Origin: Comamonas sp.
GTDB lineage: Bacteria > Pseudomonadota > Gammaproteobacteria > Burkholderiales > Burkholderiaceae_C
NCBI GenBank assembly: GCA_034675705.1
Contig: JAUCCZ010000006.1
Span: 690,112 to 754,111 of the forward strand
DNA length: 64,000 nucleotides
Direction of reading: 5' to 3'
Part shown: piece by piece, positions 12,576 through 23,664 of the stretch
How positions within the stretch are numbered: the stretch's first letter is position 1
How the letters are laid out: each line of letters starts with the position of its first letter
Program-made: the position numbers and the translations under genes
Notes under the pieces: model-generated
Database searches by the model: none
What the model was told of the DNA's origin: nothing
What the model saw: the letters and a program-made list of their open reading frames with translations, nothing else

Positions 12576-13292
12576 TTAGCGCAGCAGCTCCAGCAAGCGC
12601 TCCAGGCCACCAGCGTCAATACACACCTGCGCCTGGCTGCGCACGCGCGGCTTGGCGTGGTAGGCCACCGACAGGCCCGCCGCCTGCATCATGGGAATGT
12701 CGTTGCTACCGTCGCCCACCGCAATGCACTGTGCGGGGCTGATGCCCAGCAGGCTGGCTACTTCCAGCAGGGTGCGGCGTTTTTCCGCGCCGTCGCAAAT
12801 ATCGCCCCAGCATTGGGTGACCAGGCCGCCGGTGAGTACGCCACCCTGCAGCTCCAGTACGTTGGCGCGCACAAAATCAATTTGCAGCAGGCCACGCACG
12901 TATTCCGCAAAAAAGGTAAAGCCGCCGGAGACCAGCAGTACCTTGAGCCCCGCAGCCTGCGCAGCCTGCACCAATTCTCGAGCGCCGGGGGACAGTTGCA
13001 GGCGCTCTTGGCGCACTTGCAGCATTTGTGCCTCGGTCACGCCCTGTAGTTGGGCCACGCGCTGGCGCAGGCTGTCTTTAAAGTCGGTGATCTCGCCGCG
13101 CATGGTGGCCTCGGTGATAGCGGCCACCTGGGCTTTTTTACCGGTCACGTCGGCAATTTCGTCGATGCACTCGATGGTGATCAGGGTCGAATCCATGTCG
13201 AACGCTATCAACTGGTAATCGGCCAGGCGCATATCTTGGGCGGGGCGGGGCAGGTTTTGAACGATCAGGCCAGGGGCAATTTCTTGGGACAT
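12576..13292 (-). CDS. serB: Phosphoserine phosphatase
   Basis: HAD motifs FDMDSTLI, VSGGF, VGDGSND. Confidence 0.93.
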   Translation of the reverse strand: MSQEIAPGLIVQNLPRPAQDMRLADYQLIAFDMDSTLITIECIDEIADVTGKKAQVAAITEATMRGEITDFKDSLRQRVAQLQGVTEAQMLQVRQERLQLSPGARELVQAAQAAGLKVLLVSGGFTFFAEYVRGLLQIDFVRANVLELQGGVLTGGLVTQCWGDICDGAEKRRTLLEVASLLGISPAQCIAVGDGSNDIPMMQAAGLSVAYHAKPRVRSQAQVCIDAGGLERLLELLR

Positions 13293-13328
13293 AGTGCAAA
13301 AAATCTGGAGTTGGAATCTAGAGTTGGG

Positions 13329-13390
13329 TATTTAAATTCGTAGCTGCTCGCGCTTATGCAGCAAGGGCTAGAGCCCGATTTTGCTTAAAA
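13329..13390. repeat. Dispersed AGCTG-core repeat, single copy
   Basis: tagctgctcgcgcttatgcagcaagggctagagcccgattttgcttaaaa. Confidence 0.7.
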
Positions 13391-13437
13391 CTATACGGTC
13401 ACAGCACCGGGCGCTATTGTCGCTGCGCCCGGACATG

Positions 13438-13461
13438 AAAAAACGGAGCCGCAGCTCCGTT
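13438..13461 (-). terminator. Intrinsic terminator after the first LivK paralog
   Basis: aacggagc-cgca-gctccgtt hairpin with an A tract on the plus strand. Confidence 0.65.
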
Positions 13462-13495
13462 GGTGGGATGGGGGAGAAGAGGGCGAAGGGCTGGC

Positions 13496-14620
13496 TTAGC
13501 GCGCCTGGCTGCGCTTGCCGTCTTTGTCCAGTTGGAAGACGACGAACTCAAAGTTCTTCAAATCGCCCTTTTTATCGAAGGCCACCGGGCCAATGACCGT
13601 ATCGAAACTGTGGCTGTGCATGTAGTCGGCGGCTTTGCGCGGGTCTGGCCCTACGGCTTGCAGCGTTTGGTGCAGCACCTGCATGGCTGCGTAGGCAGGC
13701 ATTTGGTAGGCCCCATTGGCCGGGCGCTTGGCCTGGGCAAAGGCGTTGACCACGGCCTGGTTGCTGGGGCGCTGGCTGAAGTCGGCGGGGTAGGTAAACA
13801 TCATCCCGTCCACTGCGGGGCCGGCAATTTCCAGCAGGCTTTGGTTGAATGCGCCTTCTGCGCCCATGAACTGGGTCTGCAGGCCTTGCTCCTTGGCTTG
13901 GCGCAGCAGCAGCCCCATCTCTGGCGGGTAGCCGCCAAAGAACACCACGTCGGGCTTGATGGTCTTGAGCTTGGTAATCACGGCCGAGTAGTCGCTGTCG
14001 CCTGCGTTGATGCCGTCGTACAGGGCGGGCTCTGCGCCAAGTTTTTCCAGCCCCAGCTTGACCTGTTGGGCTACGCCTGCGCCATAGGTTTGCTTGTCGT
14101 GCAGCACGACGATGGTTTTGGGCTTGAGGCGGGTGACGATGAAGCTGGCGGCAAACGGGCCTTGCTGGTCATCGCGGCCAATGGTGCGAAAGAAGTGGTG
14201 GCCTTTGAGGTCATCCGTCACCTTGGGTGCCGTGGCGCCGGGGGTGATGGCGACGATGCCCTCGTCCTCATAGATACGGGCCGCTGGTACGGTCACGCCC
14301 GAGCAAACGTGCGCCACGGCAAACTTGGCCCCGGCGTTGAGCACCCGGTTCGCAGCTTGCACGGCCTGCTTGGGCTCGCAGGCATCGTCAATCAGTACCG
14401 GCTCGTACAGGCGGCCATCCAGGCCCCCAGCGGCGTTCAGCGTTTCAATGGCGGTGAGCACGCCGGCCTTGAGCTGATCGCCGTATTGGGTATTGGGCCC
14501 CGTCATCGGGGCGGGCACGCCAATCAAAATGGGCTCTGGGGCGGCCCAAGCCGGGGCGCTGCAAAAGGTGGCCGCAGCGGCCAGGGCCAAGCTGGCGCGT
14601 AAAAAAGTGGTGCGGTGCAT
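13496..14620 (-). CDS. livK: Branched-chain amino acid ABC substrate-binding protein (orphan, paralog 1)
   Basis: Signal peptide, DDACEPKQAV, HVCSGVT, FRTIGRDDQQG, LHDKQTYGAG. Confidence 0.88.
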   Translation of the reverse strand: MHRTTFLRASLALAAAATFCSAPAWAAPEPILIGVPAPMTGPNTQYGDQLKAGVLTAIETLNAAGGLDGRLYEPVLIDDACEPKQAVQAANRVLNAGAKFAVAHVCSGVTVPAARIYEDEGIVAITPGATAPKVTDDLKGHHFFRTIGRDDQQGPFAASFIVTRLKPKTIVVLHDKQTYGAGVAQQVKLGLEKLGAEPALYDGINAGDSDYSAVITKLKTIKPDVVFFGGYPPEMGLLLRQAKEQGLQTQFMGAEGAFNQSLLEIAGPAVDGMMFTYPADFSQRPSNQAVVNAFAQAKRPANGAYQMPAYAAMQVLHQTLQAVGPDPRKAADYMHSHSFDTVIGPVAFDKKGDLKNFEFVVFQLDKDGKRSQAR

Positions 14621-14730
14621 AGAGACGGATCCTGTGTCAAGCAAAGAGGGGGATTGTCGAAGCCATGACCCGTGGCGCAGCACCTGGGATTTCCCGGCAT
14701 TGGGCACGATTACAACAATTCCTAGGTGTT

Positions 14731-14778
14731 TAAGAACGTGTTGACGCGCTTCACGTGCAGAGCGTCAACACGTTCTAA
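14731..14778. mobile_element. Miniature inverted-repeat element remnant with TAA flanks
   Basis: taa|gaacgtgttgacgc...gcgtcaacacgttc|taa; 14-bp perfect TIRs, 3-bp direct repeat. Confidence 0.55.
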
Positions 14779-14831
14779 AGTCCCACCGGAGACAAAATTT
14801 ATTGGCAGCTGTTTCTAGAATGGTTGTTTTG

Positions 14832-14843
14832 GAACGTTCGTTC
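14832..14843. promoter_or_regulatory. TetR-type (FadP-like) operator upstream of the beta-oxidation genes
   Basis: GAACG-TT-CGTTC palindrome 25 bp before the ATG; related site at 18283-18294. Confidence 0.55.
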
Positions 14844-14867
14844 TATTTTTAAAAAGGAGAGATCCCC

Positions 14868-16964
14868 ATGCCGGTGCATTACCAAGTCCACAGCGATGTG
14901 GCTGTTTTGACCCTTGACCAGCCCCCCGTCAACAGCCTAGGGCTGGCCATGCGCCAAGCTTTGGCACAGGCGCTGCAACGCGCCCAGGACGACGCCCAGG
15001 TGCAGGCCATTGTGCTGACCGGCGCGGGCAAAGCCTTCTCGGGCGGTGCAGACATCACCGAATTTGGCCAGGACGCCGCCTTTGCCGAACCCAATCTGCA
15101 CACCGTGATTGCCATGGCCGAGAGCTGCAGCAAGCCCATCGTCACCGCACTGCACAGCGTGTGCATGGGCGGCGGTCTGGAGCTGGCGCTGGCCTGCCAC
15201 TACCGCATTGCCGCGCCCGACTGCAAGCTGGGCCTGCCCGAAGTGAAACTGGGCCTGCTGCCCGGCGCAGGCGGCACCCAGCGCCTGCCGCGCGCCCTGG
15301 GGGTGGAGCCCGCGCTGAACATGATCGTCAGCGGCGAGCCCGTGCCCGCCGCCCTGCTGGCCCAGGTGCCGGGGCAAAAGCTCATTACCCAACTGGCTGC
15401 CAGCGCCGCCAGCCTGGGCGAAGAAGCCCTGGCCTTGGCCCGCAGCGTAGCCAGCGTGCGCCCGCTGCCCCTGGTGGCCGCCCTGCGTGCCCAGCATCCG
15501 CAAGGCGATGCCTACTTTCAATTTGCCCGCAACATGGTCAAGGGCATGGCCAAGAACTTCCCCGCCCCGGCCAAATGTGTGGACGCGGTGCAAGCGGCCA
15601 CCCGGACCAAAATCACCGCAGGTTTGGCGGCCGAGCGTGACCTGTTCCTGCAACTGATGTTCACGTCCGAATCGCGCGCGCTGCGCCACCTGTTCTTTGC
15701 CGAGCGTGCGGCCAGCAAAATCCCCGACGTACCCAGCGATACCCCGCTGCGCACTATCGAAAGCGTAGCTGTTATCGGCGCAGGTACGATGGGTGGCGGC
15801 ATTGCCATGAACTTTTTGAATGCAGGTCTGCGCGTCAAGCTATTAGAAACGAAGCAAGAAGCACTCGACCGGGGCGTGGCCACCATCCGTAAGAACTACG
15901 AAGGCCAGGTGAAAAAGGGCAAGCTCAAAGAAGACAAGTACGCCCAGCGCATGGCGCTGCTGTCCACCACGCTGGACTATGCCGACTTGAAGGATGCCGA
16001 CCTCATCATCGAAGCCGTGTTTGAAGACATGGACGTGAAAAAGGCCGTGTTCACCCAACTGGACGCGGTAGCCAAGCCCGGCGCAATTTTGGCCAGCAAC
16101 ACCTCCACGCTGGACTTGAACCAAATTGCCGGTTTCACCCAGCGCCCGCAAGACGTGGTGGGCCTGCACTTCTTCAGCCCCGCCAACATCATGAAGCTGC
16201 TGGAAGTGGTGCGCGGCGCACAAACCGCCAAGGACGTGCTGGCCACCGTCATGGCCGTGGCCAAGAAAATCCGCAAAACCGCCGTGCTCTCCGGCGTGTG
16301 CGATGGCTTTATCGGCAACCGCATGATTGAGCGCTACAGCCAGCAGGCCGGCTTCTTGCTGGACGAAGGCTGCACCCCCGCGCAGGTCGATAAAGCTGCC
16401 GAAAAATTTGGCTTTGCCATGGGCCCCTTCCGCATGAGCGACCTGGCCGGCAACGACATTGGTTGGGCCATTCGCAAGCGCCGCGCTATTGAGCGCCCCG
16501 ACATCAAATACAGCAAAACCGCCGACCTGCTGTGCGAGCAGGGCCGCTTTGGTCAAAAAACCGGCGCAGGCTGGTACGACTACCTGCCGGGCAAGCGCAA
16601 CGCCATCCCCAACGCCGACGTGGTTGCCATGATTGAAGCCAACCGCCAGGCCCAGGGCATTGCGCCGCGCAAGATTTCGGATGAAGAAATCGTCCAGCGC
16701 CTGGTGTTCAGCCTGGTCAACGAAGCCGCCCACATTCTGGAAGAAGGCATTGCCACCAAGGCCAGCGACATCGACGTGGTGTACATCTTCGGCTATGGCT
16801 TTCCCGTGCACCGGGGCGGGCCGCTGTGCTACGCCAACGAAGTGGGGCTGTTCAACGTCGCCGCTGCCATGCGCCGCTTTGCCCAAAACCCGCTGGACGA
16901 TGCCGCCTTCTGGCAGCCCGCACCGCTGCTTGAGCGCTTGGTCGCCGAAGGCAAAGCGTTTTAA
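14868..16964 (+). CDS. Enoyl-CoA hydratase / 3-hydroxyacyl-CoA dehydrogenase (multifunctional beta-oxidation enzyme)
   Basis: FSGGADI, GGGLELAL, PEVKLG (crotonase); GAGTMGGG, EAVFE, SNTSTL, HFFSPA (HCDH). Confidence 0.93.
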   Translation: MPVHYQVHSDVAVLTLDQPPVNSLGLAMRQALAQALQRAQDDAQVQAIVLTGAGKAFSGGADITEFGQDAAFAEPNLHTVIAMAESCSKPIVTALHSVCMGGGLELALACHYRIAAPDCKLGLPEVKLGLLPGAGGTQRLPRALGVEPALNMIVSGEPVPAALLAQVPGQKLITQLAASAASLGEEALALARSVASVRPLPLVAALRAQHPQGDAYFQFARNMVKGMAKNFPAPAKCVDAVQAATRTKITAGLAAERDLFLQLMFTSESRALRHLFFAERAASKIPDVPSDTPLRTIESVAVIGAGTMGGGIAMNFLNAGLRVKLLETKQEALDRGVATIRKNYEGQVKKGKLKEDKYAQRMALLSTTLDYADLKDADLIIEAVFEDMDVKKAVFTQLDAVAKPGAILASNTSTLDLNQIAGFTQRPQDVVGLHFFSPANIMKLLEVVRGAQTAKDVLATVMAVAKKIRKTAVLSGVCDGFIGNRMIERYSQQAGFLLDEGCTPAQVDKAAEKFGFAMGPFRMSDLAGNDIGWAIRKRRAIERPDIKYSKTADLLCEQGRFGQKTGAGWYDYLPGKRNAIPNADVVAMIEANRQAQGIAPRKISDEEIVQRLVFSLVNEAAHILEEGIATKASDIDVVYIFGYGFPVHRGGPLCYANEVGLFNVAAAMRRFAQNPLDDAAFWQPAPLLERLVAEGKAF

Positions 16965-17003
16965 GGCCAGCAGCTACGCCAACGAATACAAGGATTTAGG
17001 AAT

Positions 17004-18179
17004 ATGACTTCTGCACTCATTGTCTCTACCGCCCGCACCCCCCTGGCCAAAAGCTGGAAGGGCGCTTTCAACATGACCTACGGCCCCACCCTGGGCGGCC
17101 ACGCCGTGCAGCACGCTGTGCAACGCGCGGGGCTGGACGCGGCCCTGGTGGAAGACGTCATCATGGGCTGCGCCCTGCCCGAAGGCACCACCGGTGCCAA
17201 TGTTGCGCGCCTGATTGCCATCCGCGCGGGCCTGCCGGTCAGCACTTCGGGGCTGACCATCAACCGCTTTTGCTCCTCCGGCCTGCAGTCGATTGCCCTG
17301 GCCGCGCAGCGCATCATCACCGGGGAAAACGAAGTGCTGGTCGCCGGTGGCGTGGAGAGCATCTCTTGCGTGCAGCAAGAGGTGAACATGCACATGGCAC
17401 AAGACCCCGAGCTGCTGGCCGCCAAGCCGGAAATTTATTGGAACATGCTGCAAACCGCTGAAAACGTGGCCAAGCGCTACGGCATTGGGCGCGATGCCAT
17501 GGACGAATACGGCGCAGCCAGCCAGCAAAAGGCGTGCGCCGCCCAGGCTGCGGGCCTGTTTGATGCGGAAATTGCCCCCATCACCGTCACCGCCGGTATT
17601 GCCGACAAGCAACGCGGCCTGATCACCCAGCAAGTGACCGTTGCCAAGGACGAAGGCACCCGCGAAGGCACCACGGCAGAAGGCATCAGCGGCCTGAAAA
17701 GCGCCATTCCCGGTGGCTTGATTACTGCTGGCAACGCCAGCCAGTTCTCGGACGGCGCTGGCGCGTGCGTGGTGGTTGATGAAGCACTGGCCGCCCGCCA
17801 CAACCTGCAACCCCTGGGCCGTTTTTTAGGCTTTGCCGTCGCCGGTTGCGAGCCCGACGAAATGGGCATTGGCCCCGTGTTTGCCGTGCCCAAGGTGCTG
17901 AAAAAACTGGGCCTTACGGTGCAGGACATTGACCTGTGGGAATTGAACGAAGCCTTTGCCGTGCAAGTGCTGTACTGCCGCGACAAGCTGGGTATTGACC
18001 CCACGCGCCTGAACGTCAACGGCGGCGCCATTGCGCTGGGCCACCCCTACGGTGTTTCCGGCCAGCGCCTGACGGGCCACGCCCTGATTGAAGGCAAGCG
18101 CCGAGGATCAAAAAAAGTGTGCGTGACCATGTGCATCGGCGGCGGCATGGGCGCAGCCGGGGTGTTTGAGGTGCTGTAA
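17004..18179 (+). CDS. Acetyl-CoA C-acyltransferase (thiolase)
   Basis: [36 protein letters not shown]. Confidence 0.95.
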   Translation: MTSALIVSTARTPLAKSWKGAFNMTYGPTLGGHAVQHAVQRAGLDAALVEDVIMGCALPEGTTGANVARLIAIRAGLPVSTSGLTINRFCSSGLQSIALAAQRIITGENEVLVAGGVESISCVQQEVNMHMAQDPELLAAKPEIYWNMLQTAENVAKRYGIGRDAMDEYGAASQQKACAAQAAGLFDAEIAPITVTAGIADKQRGLITQQVTVAKDEGTREGTTAEGISGLKSAIPGGLITAGNASQFSDGAGACVVVDEALAARHNLQPLGRFLGFAVAGCEPDEMGIGPVFAVPKVLKKLGLTVQDIDLWELNEAFAVQVLYCRDKLGIDPTRLNVNGGAIALGHPYGVSGQRLTGHALIEGKRRGSKKVCVTMCIGGGMGAAGVFEVL

Positions 18180-18282
18180 ACCGGCTCCTTCCACCTTCTG
18201 GCTTTCAAGGTATTCAGGGCAGCGCAAGCTGCCCTTTTTTACTGTCGCCTGGGTGCGCTTCCTAGGGAAGATACGCAAGAAC

Positions 18283-18294
18283 GAACGGTCGTGC
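18283..18294. promoter_or_regulatory. Second FadP-like operator
   Basis: GAACG-GT-CGTGC, one mismatch from the GAACG-NN-CGTTC palindrome, upstream of the acyl-CoA ligase. Confidence 0.45.
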
Positions 18295-18340
18295 AGCTTT
18301 TACGATGCGCAGTTGTTCATCTACACAAGGAGAAGCGTTT

Positions 18341-19975
<1,635 letters not shown>

Positions 19976-20009
19976 CTGCCAACATCATTGCGGGCGTCAT
20001 TGCCCAAAG

Positions 20010-20068
20010 AAAACTCTGGGGCCGCCCAGCCAGTTTCTGTAGCTGGTTCGGCGGCCCCAGAGTTTTTT
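20010..20068. terminator. Long bidirectional hairpin between the convergent ligase and LivK paralog 2
   Basis: 17-bp perfect arms aaaactctggggccgcc / ggcggccccagagtttt plus a T tract. Confidence 0.75.
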
Positions 20069-20087
20069 GCAAGAAATGAAAAAGGTA

Positions 20088-21216
20088 TTAAAGCGGTTTT
20101 CTCTTGCCCTGTTTATCCAACGCGAAGACCACGAACTTGAATCGCTTGATATCGCCATTCTTGGTAAAACTCACCGGGCCGATGACGGTATCGAAATAAC
20201 TGGTGTGCATATAGTCGGCCACTTTCTTGCTGTCTGGCCCAACCGCTTGCAGGCTTTTGTGCAGGACTTGCATGGCTGCGTACGACATCATTTGGTAAAT
20301 ACCATCGGCTGAACGCTTGGCTTTTTTGAATTGCTGCACCACGGTTTGGTTTTCCGGGTTTTGGCTGAAATCAGCCGGGTGGGTAAACAGCAGGCCCTCG
20401 ACGGCCAGGGCCCGCAATGTCCACCAGCTCTTCGCTGTAAACGCCTTCTGGCCCCATGAACGTGGCGCTGATTTGGGCCTGCCGCGCCTGGCGCAGGATG
20501 CGGCCCATTTCGGGGTGGTAGCCGCCAAAGAAGACCAGCGCCGGGTTGGCTTGCTTCAGTTTTTCAATCAGGGCTGCGTAATCGGCTTGGTCCGGGGCAA
20601 TTTCTTCAGTCAATACCACCGGAGCGCCAAATTTCTTGAGATCCTGCGCCAATTGCTGGGCAATACCTTGGCCATAGGCCTGGCCGTCATGCACGATGGC
20701 AATGGATGCGGGGTTGAGTTTGGTGGTAATCACGCTGGCGGCAAATGGGCCTTGTGCATCATCACGGCCAACGACGCGGAAAAAATAATGGCCTTTGTGC
20801 TTGTCCGTCACCTGCGGGGCCGTGGCACCTGGGGTAATGGCGACCACGTTGGCCTGCTCATACAAAGGGGCAGTGAGCATGGCTACGTCCGAGCACACAT
20901 GGCCAATGGCCAGCCCGCTGCCGGTGCTGATGACTTGGCGGGCAACTTTTGGGGCCTGGGCTGCGTCGCACCCGTCATCAATGAACACCGCCTCGTAGGG
21001 GCGGCCTTGCAGACCGCCTGCTGCGTTCAGCGCTTCCATCGCCGTGAGGATGCCTTCCCGGATGTCGTGGCCCAGCGTGGCATTGGGGCCGCTGAATGGA
21101 GCGGGCACGCTGATCAAAATGGGCTCGGGGGCCGCAGCAGCGGGCAGGCTGGCAGTACCCAGCGCGGCAGTGGCTGCCAAGGCAAGAAGAGGGCGCAGGA
21201 AGGATGTGGCGGGCAT
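20088..21216 (-). pseudogene. livK: Branched-chain amino acid ABC substrate-binding protein (paralog 2), +1 frameshift near 20405-20410
   Basis: Frame 1 ...EELVDIAGP then frame 2 AVEGLLFTHPADFSQ..., colinear with paralog 1 (AGPAVDGMMFTYPADFSQ). Confidence 0.85.
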
Positions 21217-21261
21217 GGAGTCTCTTTTTTAAAGTCATGGAAATGCAGCAAGCCAGGGCGC

Positions 21262-21295
21262 AAAAAAGGGTGCTGCCCTGGTTGTGCAGCACCCT
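21262..21295 (-). terminator. Intrinsic terminator after mmsB
   Basis: agggtgctgc...gcagcaccct arms with an A6 tract on the plus strand. Confidence 0.65.
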
Positions 21296-21340
21296 GGAGA
21301 GGTGGGTAGGCCAAGGGTAAATACTAGCTGCAGCGCTAAT

Positions 21341-22238
21341 TTACCCGTGTTTTTGCAGCATTTTGATGACGCTGGAGAAATCTTCCCCGCCGTGTCCGCC
21401 CAGGCTGTGCGCGGCGTACAGGGCGCGGGCCAGGCCGCCCAGCGGGGTGCTGGCTTTGACGGCCAGGGCGTTTTCTTGCGCCAGGCCCAGGTCCTTGAGC
21501 ATCAAGTCCGTGCCAAAACCGCCGGCGTAGCCTTTGCTGGCGGGAGCGTTTTCGTGCACGCCGGGGTAGGGGTTGTATTTTTCCAGCGCCCAGTTGCCGC
21601 CGGAGCTGCGGCGCATGATTTCGGCCAGCACGGCGGGGTCCAGCCCGTTGGCGACGCCCAGGGCCATGGCTTCGCTGGTGCCAATCATCAAAATGCCCAG
21701 CAGCATGTTGTTGCAAATTTTCGCGGTCTGGCCCGCGCCGACGCTGCCTGCGTGGAAGATGTTGGCGCCCATTTTCTCCAGCACTGGGCGCGCGCGCTCC
21801 AGCTCTGCATCGCTGCCGCCGACCATAAAGGTCAGCGTGCCAGCCACGGCCCCGCCCACACCGCCGGAGACGGGCGCGTCAATAAAGGCAATGCCGGCGG
21901 CCTGCGCTGCTTGCGCAACCTTTTGGCTGCTGGCGGCGGCGATGGTGGAGCTGTCAATCACCAGCGTGCCGGGGGCGATGCTGGAGAGCAGCCCCGGCGC
22001 GTCGCCCCGGCCCAGGTACAGGCCTTCGACGTGCTGGCTGGCGGGCAGCATGCTGATGACAACTTGTGCGCCTTGCACTGCCGCCACCGCGCTGGCAGCG
22101 GCGTGGCGCACCTGCGGCGGTGACGGTGGCCATGGCCTCCTGGCTTAAATCAAAAACGGCAACGCTGTGCCCGGCGCGAACAAGGTTGATGGCCATGGGG
22201 CCGCCCATGTGGCCAAGGCCGATGAATCCGATCTGCAT
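21341..22238 (-). pseudogene. mmsB: 3-hydroxyisobutyrate dehydrogenase, frameshift near 22105
   Basis: MQIGFIGLGHMG (Rossmann) in one frame; HAAASA...DAPVSGG...KICNN...LMLKD in another. Confidence 0.88.
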
Positions 22239-22275
22239 GGTGATGTCTCCTGGTGGTGGAAAGTGGGTTTCTCTG

Positions 22276-22372
22276 TTTTTGATAGCTGCTGCCGCAGGGT
22301 ATATCAATGTTTCAGATAGATATGATGCTGAAACTGTTTAATTACCAGCGGTAGCAGCTTCTTTATTGATAG
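22276..22372. repeat. Dispersed AGCTG-core repeat, inverted pair
   Basis: ttgatagctgctgccgc...gcggtagcagcttc. Confidence 0.65.
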
Positions 22373-22391
22373 TGCTGCTTGTTGAACTGTT

Positions 22392-23558
22392 TTAGCGAAT
22401 CACGTCCGGCGCGTCGCCGTCCAGCATGCGCCGCCCGATGATGACGCGCATGATCTCGTTCGTGCCTTCCAAAATCTGGTGGACACGGGCGTCGCGCAGC
22501 AGGCGCTCCAGCGGGTATTCGCGGATGTAGCCGTAGCCGCCGTGCAGTTGCAGCGCGTCGTTGACCACGCCAAAGCCCGCATCGGTGGCAAAGCGCTTGG
22601 CCATGGCGCAGTAGGTGCTGGCATCCGGCGCGCCTGCGTCGAGTTTGCTGGCGGCCAGCCGCACCATTTGCCGCGCGGCCACCAGCTCGGTGGCCATATC
22701 AGCCAGCTTGAATTGCAGCGCCTGAAACGCGGCCAGCGGCTTGCCGAACTGCTTGCGCTCCTGCATATAGCGCTGCGCGTGGGTCAGTGCCCCTTGCGCC
22801 GCGCCGACCGAGCAGGTGGCGATGTTGATGCGCCCGCCGTCCAGCCCCTTCATGGCGATTTTGAAGCCCTCGCCCTCGCGCCCCAGTAGGTGGTGGGCGG
22901 GGATGTGCACGTTGTCGAAATTGATGACGCGCGTGGGCTGGCTGTTCCAGCCCATTTTTTCTTCCTTTTTGCCGTAGGTGATACCGGGCAGGTCGGCCGG
23001 GACGGCAAAGGCGCTGATGCCGCCTGCGCCCGAGCCTGTATCGCCCGTGCGGGCCATGAGGATGAGGATGTGGGTGCTGCCCGCGCCGCTGATAAAGGCC
23101 TTGCTGCCGTTGATGACGTATTCGCCGCCCACCCGCTCGGCGCGGGTCTTGATGCTGGCCGCGTCCGAGCCGCTGCCCGGCTCCGTCAGGCAATAGCTGC
23201 CCAGCTTTTGGCCGCTGGTCAAGGCTTCGCCCCATTCGGCCCGCACCGCGTCCTGGGCCCAGGTGCCCAGCATCCAGGTGGCCATGTTGTGGATGGTGAT
23301 AAAGGCGGTGGTGCTGGGGTCAACGGCGGCCAGCTCTTCGAACACCAAGGTGGCATCCAGCCGGGGCAGTTGCAGGCCGCCGATGGCTTCGGGCGCGTAC
23401 AGGCCGCAAAAGCCCAGCTCGCCCGCCTTGGCGATGGTGTCCACGGGGAAGATGCCCTGGGCATCCCATTCAGCGGCGTGCGGGGCCAGCTCGGCCTGGG
23501 CAAACTGCCGCGCAGTATCGGCAAAGGCGCGTTGGTCTTCGGTGAGTTCAAAGTCCAT
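22392..23558 (-). CDS. Acyl-CoA dehydrogenase (isobutyryl-CoA type)
   Basis: YCLTEPGSGSDAA, KAFISGAG, RKQFGK, LQLHGGYGY, ILEGTNEIMR. Confidence 0.92.
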   Translation of the reverse strand: MDFELTEDQRAFADTARQFAQAELAPHAAEWDAQGIFPVDTIAKAGELGFCGLYAPEAIGGLQLPRLDATLVFEELAAVDPSTTAFITIHNMATWMLGTWAQDAVRAEWGEALTSGQKLGSYCLTEPGSGSDAASIKTRAERVGGEYVINGSKAFISGAGSTHILILMARTGDTGSGAGGISAFAVPADLPGITYGKKEEKMGWNSQPTRVINFDNVHIPAHHLLGREGEGFKIAMKGLDGGRINIATCSVGAAQGALTHAQRYMQERKQFGKPLAAFQALQFKLADMATELVAARQMVRLAASKLDAGAPDASTYCAMAKRFATDAGFGVVNDALQLHGGYGYIREYPLERLLRDARVHQILEGTNEIMRVIIGRRMLDGDAPDVIR

Positions 23559-23578
23559 GCCTGGTCTCCTTTCCTTGT

Positions 23579-23637
23579 AATTTTGATAGCTGTTGGCGCT
23601 GATGGGATAAGCGCCAACAGCGTTTTGGAGTGAAAAC
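23579..23637. repeat. Dispersed AGCTG-core repeat, single copy
   Basis: ttttgatagctgttggcgctgatgggataagcgccaacagc. Confidence 0.7.
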
Positions 23638-23664
23638 GGCCAGCAAGGCTGGCCGCAGGGCGTT

